The notes under the pieces were generated by a model. It had not been told where the DNA came from. It did not search any database and saw nothing but the letters and a program-made list of their open reading frames with translations. Shown here one piece after another: positions 17,860 to 25,886 of a stretch of 64,000 nt of DNA (the stretch's first letter is position 1; each line of letters begins with the position of its first letter). A program made the position numbers and the translations under genes. The stretch lies in the sequence record LR535910.1. One strand, 5' to 3'.

Positions 17860-19362
17860 ATGCAACAGTATTTTGAAATTCCGTCGTTGGACAAGACCAT
17901 GCGCAAAGCTGTGGTCGACGGCGTCGTAGAACGTGTGCTAAACGAATCTGGTATTGAACGTGCCAGTGTTGTTTTCACGGATAGCTTCAACACCGCCCAT
18001 CAGCCAGGCTCTACGCTCGGCGATGAGACACCGGTGGACTATTCAGCACCGAACCGTGTCTACGTCGAAGTGGAAGAAGAACGTGATGAACGCGCACGCA
18101 TTAACCGTCAAGTTGGGTTAGCGGCAGAGATTCCATTCTTCCATAACCCCGAAGACCAAGTACGCGCTGCTCCTGTCCGCGTAATGTATAACGTGACTAT
18201 CACGCTACGGCGTGTCGGCCCATCGCGTGACGAATTGTTACGTTGGGCGAACCGCCTGGATTCACTTATCGACATGGGTCGCTATTCGACCATGACGGAA
18301 TCCGAAGCGTACTACCTGATTCCAAAGCCTGCGCTTAAGCTATTGAACGAATGCTATATCGCCGCAGGGACACGTGTACCGAAGTACGACGACTTTAAAG
18401 ATTATCTAAAGGCGCACTTCACACCAGACGTTTTCACCACAGGTAATGTCGCCGGTGGTCAGAATGTCTTAGCGGTACGCTACGCACCAACCCGTATCGA
18501 GACGGTTTACGATGTTATCTCTCCTACCTGGGATAACGACGAAAACCATTACGAGACCAGCTTCGTTATACGCTTCTCATATCAGCGACCCGAAGAGGTG
18601 GTGATTACCTACCCGTACATCATCAACCAGACACCGTTGCCTGATGAATGGTGGCCTGAGATAGACCCACCGTTTGTGAGTAATGAAGAGGGCGTGCAAC
18701 GTCACCAACAGCAAAAGAACCTTGACGGCACTTGGTGGATTAATGAATCTCGCCAGTTCTTACGCCTGCCGTATCTGCTGTCACCGACAGAACAGTTTGA
18801 ACGTACACACTCGCCGCTAAAAGCAAAGCTTCTGCATGTGTTCGGCACCGATGTAGCATTCGGTGAAGAAAACATGACCGATCCTGAAGTTTGTAGCATT
18901 GACGACCTGCCGTATGTTTGGAACGCTGAGGTGGTTCCTTATATCGAACACTGCCGCACGATAGACCCGACAGGTCAGACGGGCATTATCCGTATGGAGT
19001 TGTTCGAGAACGGTCAAATCATTGAACCACGTTTCTACCATTGGGAAAACGGTGTCTTCTCGCTACGTAACCGTGAAGTTCATGTCGAGAAAGCGTACTA
19101 CTTAACAGAGTCGGCAATACACGACTGGCGTAATCTGGACTTATGGCCACTGCATCTTTATCCAAAAGCGGCAAAAGTGCTTATTGAGTGGTTATTCCCA
19201 GATTGGGATTGCCCGGATTGGTGGTGGGATAAACCTGTGTTACCACCAAGTGTGATTGATGAAATCACGAAGTTCTATCGCCGTGTCCTGTTGACGCAAT
19301 TTAATACCACGATTATAGCCATCAGAGGAGCCGATAATGCTCAAGGCGAACAAGAGGGGTGA
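17860..19362 (+). CDS. Virion structural protein, neck/tail (SPN3US gp61-like)
   Basis: 500 aa; GAGG RBS; recalled synteny. Confidence 0.65.
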   Translation: MQQYFEIPSLDKTMRKAVVDGVVERVLNESGIERASVVFTDSFNTAHQPGSTLGDETPVDYSAPNRVYVEVEEERDERARINRQVGLAAEIPFFHNPEDQVRAAPVRVMYNVTITLRRVGPSRDELLRWANRLDSLIDMGRYSTMTESEAYYLIPKPALKLLNECYIAAGTRVPKYDDFKDYLKAHFTPDVFTTGNVAGGQNVLAVRYAPTRIETVYDVISPTWDNDENHYETSFVIRFSYQRPEEVVITYPYIINQTPLPDEWWPEIDPPFVSNEEGVQRHQQQKNLDGTWWINESRQFLRLPYLLSPTEQFERTHSPLKAKLLHVFGTDVAFGEENMTDPEVCSIDDLPYVWNAEVVPYIEHCRTIDPTGQTGIIRMELFENGQIIEPRFYHWENGVFSLRNREVHVEKAYYLTESAIHDWRNLDLWPLHLYPKAAKVLIEWLFPDWDCPDWWWDKPVLPPSVIDEITKFYRRVLLTQFNTTIIAIRGADNAQGEQEG

Positions 19363-20692
19363 TACTAAATTCGTTCCTGTTGAACCTGAAATTCCGATTA
19401 TCAATAAACCGCAGGACGGGGTGAAAGAAGCCAGCAACTTGGTAACGATTCCAACCCGCACCACGGTAACGGACTTCGACAGGATTCCGAAACAGTATCT
19501 CCTGCAATACAACGAAGGTTCTGAATGGCCGGTTGATTTTTATCACGCGTTGTCGGGTCGCAACGATCCGAAGACGATGTTCGATACTCAGAATGACAGC
19601 CCTACGCAACAGCTGCTTAAGATTGTTAATCTGTCATTACGTGTTAACGCACCGCTCGACCGTACGCAGGACGAACAACGTAAGACTTTCGAACTGACCG
19701 GGACGTCGACCCTGGTAGCATCGATTACACCGAACGAGGGTGACTTCTTTGTTGCGCCGATAGGCGACCATCGCCACGGTCTGTTTAACATCACTGCCGT
19801 TACCCGAATGTCGAACAACAAAATTGCAACGTACCAGATACGTTACACGATGTTGTACGAGATTACACCGCAGATTGCAGAGACGATTCGTCTGTGCACT
19901 GTGAGAACGCTCCATTACGTCCGTGAGCGCGCGTGGACCGGTGGTGATACCTTACTGACCCCCAACGAGTATCGTACGTTCCTGGAGCTGGGAGACCGCA
20001 TTAAGGACATTGAGACGACGTTTGTTCGCCGTTTCTACGATACCAGTTTAGAAACCCTCGCCTATCCACGTGACTGGAAACTCGACGGGTTAAAGGCGGG
20101 GGGTTATTACGACGTTTTCTTGGCGATGTTTGTGAAGGCTATTGGTCTTCGAACCGTTGGTAAAGATATCCGTATTTACCCACACCCGCCGAAACCTGTG
20201 CAGGATATCGAAACACTGTTCACGGTGTTGTTAAATCAACAGCCAGAACTACTACCGTACGTCGAGAAAGAATGCAGCGCAGTTAACCCGCGCACATTCA
20301 GAACGATGCAGACCCGCAACACCATTGCATGGTCACAGTTCAGTTCGACGCGTTACTTTACATCACAGATTCGTCAGTTGGCAACGTACGATGGGGAGTG
20401 GCCAGAGTTCGAAGCATTCGAACCGGTTATGTTCCCTGAGTATCAGGGCAACGCAGGCGAGGATATGGTGGCTTTTCTGCCGTTGACGTATAAACCCTAC
20501 CTGTTAAGCGAAACGTTCTATAGCGGCTCGTACAGCTCGGTTCTGGAGCATTGTTTGTACCTGTATCTGAACAAACAACCAGTACCTAGTGAAGTGGCTG
20601 CGCGTTTAGCAGAATTGGTACTGGCTTTACCGAAGGATAGTCAGTTCTATTACGTCCCGATGGTCTACGTGATTTTGAAATACGCGAGGTAG
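19337..20692 (+). CDS. Virion structural protein, neck/tail (SPN3US gp62-like)
   Basis: 451 aa; GAGGAG RBS; 26-nt overlap with the previous gene. Confidence 0.65.
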   Translation: MLKANKRGDTKFVPVEPEIPIINKPQDGVKEASNLVTIPTRTTVTDFDRIPKQYLLQYNEGSEWPVDFYHALSGRNDPKTMFDTQNDSPTQQLLKIVNLSLRVNAPLDRTQDEQRKTFELTGTSTLVASITPNEGDFFVAPIGDHRHGLFNITAVTRMSNNKIATYQIRYTMLYEITPQIAETIRLCTVRTLHYVRERAWTGGDTLLTPNEYRTFLELGDRIKDIETTFVRRFYDTSLETLAYPRDWKLDGLKAGGYYDVFLAMFVKAIGLRTVGKDIRIYPHPPKPVQDIETLFTVLLNQQPELLPYVEKECSAVNPRTFRTMQTRNTIAWSQFSSTRYFTSQIRQLATYDGEWPEFEAFEPVMFPEYQGNAGEDMVAFLPLTYKPYLLSETFYSGSYSSVLEHCLYLYLNKQPVPSEVAARLAELVLALPKDSQFYYVPMVYVILKYAR

Positions 20693-20694
20693 TA

Positions 20695-21234
20695 ATGTCG
20701 GAGAAGAAGCGCAGTGCAGCATTTATGCTGTTTAAAGCGTGGGTGTTCTTCCGGGTACCGGAATACGCAACCATCACAACCTACGCCAGTCAGGAACACG
20801 GATTGTTCTTGCCAGAAGACCCGAAGAAACGACAAGCGTTGTTACTGAACATGAAACCTATCTATCTGCACCCCTCAGAAGCTGCTGAGTATTTAGCGAC
20901 AGGTGGTGCGTTGGATGTACACGACCCGCATGACGGGATTAAAGTGTACGGGTGGATTATGGAACACCTTGCGGACTGGCTGAACTATCTGGAGAACCCG
21001 ACGCTGATTTACCGGGAAGTCCCTATCGAAGGGTTGCGTCAGTTCAATGTGCTGGCTTCGAAACTGTTTCCTGTGGCTAACCGCTACGGGTATTTCAAGA
21101 AACCCACCGCAACGATGGCGGACTGTGTTCAGTCGTTATTTGGGCAGGTCCGCCTGGAGTCTAAACTCCACCGTTTTAATGATACGATTATGAAACGTAT
21201 TGAGTACGCTTATAGAGCCCGAGGAGGTCGCTAA
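20695..21234 (+). CDS. Conserved hypothetical protein (SPN3US gp63-like)
   Basis: 179 aa; GAGG RBS. Confidence 0.75.
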   Translation: MSEKKRSAAFMLFKAWVFFRVPEYATITTYASQEHGLFLPEDPKKRQALLLNMKPIYLHPSEAAEYLATGGALDVHDPHDGIKVYGWIMEHLADWLNYLENPTLIYREVPIEGLRQFNVLASKLFPVANRYGYFKKPTATMADCVQSLFGQVRLESKLHRFNDTIMKRIEYAYRARGGR

Positions 21235-22547
21235 TGTCGTTTGGTCGGTTACAACAGATGGCGAACGGTCACATCGCTAATGCTCGGGGGTTACCGGCTA
21301 TCGACTACGGGATATTCCTCACGGTACACGGTGCCCCAGTGACGGTGTTGAAGATGCTGTCTATCATTCACACCGGTCACTTTACGCGTGATATCTGTTT
21401 GTTGACACATCTCACCCTGGCTATACCCTACAGCCACATGCGAATGATCACATCGTCCGCAGAAGGGGATTTGAAGGTAAAGCTGTTACTGCGTCGTGGA
21501 CAGAAAATCGCGGGGGTCTTTAACTACCGCGGCATCGTGATAAATAACCGCGACCACAACGCGGAATCACCGACGATGTTCTTGAGTCAGTCTGATGAGA
21601 AATCTATCGCATTGGTAACATTGGAGCTGATGGATGAGTCGATGTGGTTCCTGCGTAATCGTCAAGTGGGCGGCATCTACCACGAAACAGATGGGTTAAC
21701 AGTGGCTCGCTCGATATTGGCGGATACGTTGCCGGAAGGGGTGGCTGCAGAGGGGCAGTTGAAAGGGATTGAATACGACGAGGAAGAACAGCAGGCATAT
21801 CGGGACATTGTCATACCCGACTCCGAAGACTTCTTAAGCGTGTTTGATTATCTGCAGAACCATTACGGTGTTTACAGCAAAGGTATTGGGGTCTTCCAAT
21901 ACCTACAACGTTGGTATCTGTATCGACCTTGGGACTCGTTGAAGTTTAATAACACAACGAAGCCTAAACTGGTCATCTATAATCTGCCTCGTGAACAGGC
22001 TGCTCACATTGACCGCACCACCGATATTGCGGGTAATGTTATCTATCTGATTTGCGGCGGCGACACCAGTAGTTTGGAATACCGTGACCAGGCCGCGCTT
22101 AACCAGGGTACGGGTTACCGGGTAGGGTCTGTACGTGTGTTGGATGGGCGTAGTAGTTCATTTACGCCTGGCGACATCAGTATGACCACACCTGATAAAT
22201 TTGTGGCACAGGCTGACCCTGCTGCGTATCCAGGTGGTGTGGTTAACGCACCAATCGATCCTGATAAGCACTTTAGCGATACCGATAAACCACAGCGGTC
22301 TAAACTGGAGATGAGCCTGGGTACGATTGTGCAAACAACATGGAACCGTTCAACGCACGGCATCCTATATCCCGGTATGCCGGTAAAATACGTTTTTGCC
22401 AACGAGTATGGGGTCTATACCCGCTACGGCACGTTGGTGGGTGAAGTGTTCCAGTCTGCTGTCGACGGTCAAACGATGGCGTCCGGGCGCTATAACACCC
22501 AATCTCAACTGAGCCTTTGGCTCAAAGATGAAAAATTTACAGCTTAG
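21234..22547 (+). CDS. Virion structural protein, neck or baseplate-hub-like (SPN3US gp64-like)
   Basis: 437 aa; GGAGG RBS; TAATG coupling; synteny. Confidence 0.65.
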   Translation: MSFGRLQQMANGHIANARGLPAIDYGIFLTVHGAPVTVLKMLSIIHTGHFTRDICLLTHLTLAIPYSHMRMITSSAEGDLKVKLLLRRGQKIAGVFNYRGIVINNRDHNAESPTMFLSQSDEKSIALVTLELMDESMWFLRNRQVGGIYHETDGLTVARSILADTLPEGVAAEGQLKGIEYDEEEQQAYRDIVIPDSEDFLSVFDYLQNHYGVYSKGIGVFQYLQRWYLYRPWDSLKFNNTTKPKLVIYNLPREQAAHIDRTTDIAGNVIYLICGGDTSSLEYRDQAALNQGTGYRVGSVRVLDGRSSSFTPGDISMTTPDKFVAQADPAAYPGGVVNAPIDPDKHFSDTDKPQRSKLEMSLGTIVQTTWNRSTHGILYPGMPVKYVFANEYGVYTRYGTLVGEVFQSAVDGQTMASGRYNTQSQLSLWLKDEKFTA

Positions 22548-22559
22548 TCATCTAGTATG
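22537..22559 (+). promoter_or_regulatory. TTAC-N15-TATG putative middle promoter
   Basis: TTAC 22537-40, TATG 22556-59. Confidence 0.6.
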
Positions 22560-22590
22560 ACCCGTAAGTAACCTTAAGGAAAATATTGCA

Positions 22591-23388
22591 ATGAAAGCGA
22601 TTCACACCTTTCGCATGACCGGCCAAACTGTTCTCGACATTGATGCGTATGAAGCCGCTAACTTCACCAAACCGACCAAGCTCTGGGATCGCCTGGTTAA
22701 GGTACTGCCGCAAAGCGGTGAGGTGCAGTTGGATTTTGTCATGGCATCGACGTTGGATAAAACAGTGGCAGTTATTTATACTGCTGACGGTGTGCAGAGT
22801 AAGAAGGACCTGGCAATCGAAGATAAAGGCGGGCTGGGTTATCACTTGTTCCTGCACTGCGTAACCACTGCACCGATTTCAGCTGCGCTGGCGGGACAGT
22901 ACGGTTTCGCGAATGCGTATTTCCTGGCACAGAAACTCGCCGTGAATGTTATTCCGGGTGACGTGACCACTTACCCTGAATACGTACAGCGTATCCTGCC
23001 AGAGCACTTCGCTGCAGACGACTACGATTTCAACGTGTTCCGTTTCGCATTGATCGGCGAATCGCGCGATCCAGAATACACCGTTGGCTTGCGTGCCTGT
23101 CTGCGTCACTCCGTTATCTCTTCGGATGAAGGGATGTCGAATAACGTGAACGAAGTGTTCCCGATGATGCAAGTCGGTCCGTATATCACTTTCAACTCGT
23201 ACATTCCGTTCCCGGCACAGATTCTGCCGCCGCAGAACGATAACAGTGTACTGCCAATCGCCGACAAGTATTCACTGCGTGCGAGCGAAGCAGTTGAAGT
23301 GATTAACGATCGTCGCTTTACATTGTCAGTGACCAGCGGCATCAGTGAACCGGAAGTTGCGGTCTCTCAGAGCCTGGATTTGATGTAA
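22591..23388 (+). CDS. Hypothetical protein
   Basis: 265 aa; TAAGGA RBS. Confidence 0.85.
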   Translation: MKAIHTFRMTGQTVLDIDAYEAANFTKPTKLWDRLVKVLPQSGEVQLDFVMASTLDKTVAVIYTADGVQSKKDLAIEDKGGLGYHLFLHCVTTAPISAALAGQYGFANAYFLAQKLAVNVIPGDVTTYPEYVQRILPEHFAADDYDFNVFRFALIGESRDPEYTVGLRACLRHSVISSDEGMSNNVNEVFPMMQVGPYITFNSYIPFPAQILPPQNDNSVLPIADKYSLRASEAVEVINDRRFTLSVTSGISEPEVAVSQSLDLM

Positions 23389-23395
23389 AAGTGTG

Positions 23396-23430
23396 CCTGG
23401 TCTCCTTGTGAGACCAGGTCTCTTTATTTT
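23396..23430 (+). terminator. Intrinsic terminator
   Basis: CCTGGTCTC-CTTGT-GAGACCAGG plus T-rich tail. Confidence 0.8.
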
Positions 23431-23537
23431 AGCCCTCTAAACGCACTCACAACCTTCTAAAGCCTCTCTAACGGTAGAACGACCCTCTAAAGTGATAAAA
23501 GCTCTCAAAACGCGTTTGAGGGCGTTATAGAGGGTGT
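23431..23537. repeat. Array of CCCTCTAAA-like 9-mers (5 direct, 2 inverted)
   Basis: Direct copies start at 23433, 23453, 23464, 23483, 23502; inverted copies at 23514-22 and 23526-34; non-coding. Confidence 0.7.
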
Positions 23538-23554
23538 ACTCTGAATAAAAATAA

Positions 23555-23579
23555 TTTCAGATATATATTACCTAGGTGA
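23555..23579 (+). promoter_or_regulatory. Early promoter
   Basis: TTTCAGATATATATTACCTAGGTGA, identical to 15051-15075. Confidence 0.85.
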
Positions 23580-23600
23580 TAGAAGACAATCTATCAACTC

Positions 23601-23627
23601 AATCGACTATTAATCTAAAGGAGTATT
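23601..23627 (+). repeat. Conserved 27-nt leader/RBS
   Basis: AATCGACTATTAATCTAAAGGAGTATT, identical at 51853-51879; 2 mismatches at 15907-15933. Confidence 0.85.
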
Positions 23628-23630
23628 ACC

Positions 23631-23774
23631 ATGTTAACTCGTAACCATAAACGTGCCATCTTCGCCATCGTTGCTGTTGTTGCTTTCGCGGTACTGTCTA
23701 TCACTGTAACTCAAGATTACAACAAGTGCATCGATAACGGTAACTCTGTTGCCATGTGTACAGGTCGCGGCTAA
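23631..23774 (+). CDS. 47-aa single-pass membrane peptide (not in track)
   Basis: MLTRNHKRAIFAIVAVVAFAVLSITVTQDYNKCIDNGNSVAMCTGRG; AAGGAG RBS; first gene after the early promoter; TAATG coupling to next gene. Confidence 0.85.
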   Translation: MLTRNHKRAIFAIVAVVAFAVLSITVTQDYNKCIDNGNSVAMCTGRG

Positions 23775-23956
23775 TGGACTTTTCTGATACGCAGTTTGCC
23801 GAGTTCTTATCTCACCCGCGTGTTAAACGTGAGTGGGATAATCTCACTAACGGTGTTCGTCATCAGGACGAAGAAGAAATTGTTCACGTTACCGCGCAAG
23901 TCTTACTCGTCTCACCGACAGGTAATGTGTTTCCAATGCAGCAGGAGATTTACTAA
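23774..23956 (+). CDS. Hypothetical 60-aa protein
   Basis: MDFSDTQFAEF...; start overlaps upstream stop (TAATG). Confidence 0.75.
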   Translation: MDFSDTQFAEFLSHPRVKREWDNLTNGVRHQDEEEIVHVTAQVLLVSPTGNVFPMQQEIY

Positions 23957-24144
23957 TGGGCGTTTTAGTTAATTACGATGGTAAAAACGGAATCGTGCTT
24001 CGCGAAGTGGAAGATAACGAAACAGTAGAGGTGAATCCACAAACCTCAGAACGTACGTTTATCGTGGGGCCGAAAAGCGCACTACCGAAGCCGGACTGGA
24101 AAGAAGAGCTGGCGAAGTTCCGTGGGGAACTCGGGAAGAAGTAG
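23956..24144 (+). CDS. Hypothetical 62-aa protein
   Basis: AGGAG RBS; TAATG coupling. Confidence 0.8.
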   Translation: MGVLVNYDGKNGIVLREVEDNETVEVNPQTSERTFIVGPKSALPKPDWKEELAKFRGELGKK

Positions 24145-24196
24145 TATAGATAATTTAATACCACCTACGGGTGGTATTATTTTTTGCCTAAGGAAC

Positions 24197-24619
24197 ATGA
24201 AAATGATTAATGAGAAGCTCCAAAAGTATTTAAAGAATGACACCGACTGGATGGTTCTTGACCAGTACGGACGATTTGTTCCGCTATCCATGGATTCCCC
24301 TATACCCCGTGACAAGGCGATCTATATTCCTGACGGTAAGGGCGGTTATCGTTTCTGGGAAGGCCAGGAAGTAAAAGAGGAAATGTTCTACATGGAGCCG
24401 AAGTTCCGTGCAGCGTTCCCATCGAAAAATATCAACGGCTATGTTTACAACGCAATTCCGCCGATTACGCATCCTAACTTTGAGGTTGTGAACTACCCCG
24501 CAACTGTTCTGGATTGGCAACGTGCCATTAGTGAACACTACACGATTCCGCTTGAAGGTGTTTACTTCCCATTCCGTGATATTAGTTTAGACGACTTTAT
24601 TAACTCTCTTAAGGACTAA
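24197..24619 (+). CDS. Hypothetical protein
   Basis: 140 aa from ATG 24197 with TAAGGA RBS (track start 24122 overlaps the previous gene and a hairpin). Confidence 0.8.
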   Translation: MKMINEKLQKYLKNDTDWMVLDQYGRFVPLSMDSPIPRDKAIYIPDGKGGYRFWEGQEVKEEMFYMEPKFRAAFPSKNINGYVYNAIPPITHPNFEVVNYPATVLDWQRAISEHYTIPLEGVYFPFRDISLDDFINSLKD

Positions 24620-24621
24620 AA

Positions 24622-25482
24622 ATGTACAGCATTACTGATTTTATCAAAAGTTCGGATTTCCCCCTACCTTTCGACCACGAAGTATTGGCTAGCGATCCGT
24701 TAACCGATGCAGCCATTGTCCAGCTGGACCGTGACAAACGTCGCACCTACGTCGTGTTGGTCGAAGGGCAGAGCTACGGCCTGTCTTCTTACGACCTGGA
24801 GCAGCAAGAGCGTTTCCTCGATGAAAACCGCAAAACGTCAATGTATAGCGCTATCTCTCGTGCGCTGTGCAAGGTAATGGCAACCATTACAGACAGCAAA
24901 AAGCGTATCGCTGTGCTGCAGGGTATCAATGCGCTAACGACCAAAATCCAACAACTTGAAGGTTTCCACTGCCCACGATTGGAAGCCGCACAGAAGGATG
25001 CTAAGGGCGATGAGGCCATGGCACTGTTTGAAGGCAATACTGTCTTTGCAACAGCTGAAGCTTGTTATCTCACCTATCCAACTTTTAACTATACGCCAAT
25101 CAGCGACACCGTAGACGGGATTAAAGTAGAGAACGTTGTGCAATGGGGTCGTGCAAATCTTAAGTTTGTGATGTCTCATGAAGAAGAAAATCAAGACGGC
25201 CTTGGCCAGAAGATTCAACGTTGGTTCACGGCGCGTTTGGACGCCGACTGGGAGGCGCACGTTAACGCAGAGCTTCGTAAATTTCACGCGGTGGTCGCAC
25301 TGTTAAAAGAAGACACTCCTGCCCCGAAACAATCGAAGGCACCAGTGGTTGGCTGGACGTGTTCTGGCTGTAACCGCAACCATGTCGCTACAGTACCGAG
25401 AACCCATCGCTACACTTCGCAGACGATGAACATTGCTTGTCCGGCTTGCGGTAAGATCAACGAAGTTGATTATAAACCGTAG
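24622..25482 (+). CDS. Hypothetical protein with C-terminal zinc ribbon
   Basis: 286 aa; CSGC...CPAC near the C-terminus; TAAGGA RBS. Confidence 0.85.
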   Translation: MYSITDFIKSSDFPLPFDHEVLASDPLTDAAIVQLDRDKRRTYVVLVEGQSYGLSSYDLEQQERFLDENRKTSMYSAISRALCKVMATITDSKKRIAVLQGINALTTKIQQLEGFHCPRLEAAQKDAKGDEAMALFEGNTVFATAEACYLTYPTFNYTPISDTVDGIKVENVVQWGRANLKFVMSHEEENQDGLGQKIQRWFTARLDADWEAHVNAELRKFHAVVALLKEDTPAPKQSKAPVVGWTCSGCNRNHVATVPRTHRYTSQTMNIACPACGKINEVDYKP

Positions 25483-25484
25483 TA

Positions 25485-25527
25485 GTACCCCTCTTACCTT
25501 CGGGTAAGAGGGTTTTATATTTATTTT
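25485..25527 (+). terminator. Intrinsic terminator, 28-bp exact duplicate of 51723-51750
   Basis: GTACCCCTCTTACC-TTCG-GGTAAGAGGG plus T-rich tail. Confidence 0.9.
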
Positions 25528-25530
25528 CCG

Positions 25531-25570
25531 AAAAGAAAATAAAAGGCGCTCTCTCCCGAAGGAGAGAGCT
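25531..25570 (-). terminator. Minus-strand intrinsic terminator
   Basis: Minus strand reads GCTCTCTCC-TTCG-GGAGAGAGC then CCTTTTATTTTCTTTT. Confidence 0.85.
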
Positions 25571-25595
25571 TATTCACATCCACTTAGAGGTTAAC

Positions 25596-25742
25596 ATGAA
25601 TACCTTTATGCAACAACTGCGTCAGCAACAGCTGAAACAAGTCGCTTTTCAACAACGTCTGCAAGAGGTTACCCGCCAACCGCAGACTTCCACCCGTACC
25701 ATTAAAGGACTAGGAGGTGAGATAATACTCAACAAGAGATAA
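25596..25742 (+). CDS. Possible 48-aa Gln-rich small protein (not in track)
   Basis: MNTFMQQLRQQQLKQVAFQQRLQEVTRQPQTSTRTIKGLGGEIILNKR; AGAGG 5 nt upstream; no recognised promoter. Confidence 0.4.
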   Translation: MNTFMQQLRQQQLKQVAFQQRLQEVTRQPQTSTRTIKGLGGEIILNKR

Positions 25743-25767
25743 CAGGAATATTTGCCTGGAATAATTA

Positions 25768-25793
25768 TACCCGAGTGCTAGAACACTCGGGTA
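25768..25793. other. Perfect 10-bp hairpin in intergenic DNA
   Basis: TACCCGAGTG-CTAGAA-CACTCGGGTA; no adjacent U-tract. Confidence 0.7.
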
Positions 25794-25886
25794 ATTCCAC
25801 GCATATAAATAGTTCGTCGTATTTTTTTTTGATCTCGGCAAGACGCATAAACTGCCCGTAGGGGAGCCTAAGCTCCCCAGTGCTCG

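Noticed and set aside
23431-23537. Possible CRISPR mini-array
   Set aside because: Units are 9 bp and degenerate, spacers only 2-11 bp; kept as iteron-like instead
25780-25847. Part of a 27-codon minus-strand ORF MRLAEIKKKYDELFICVELPECSSTRV
   Set aside because: No convincing RBS; crosses a homopolymer run and a hairpin; length expected by chance
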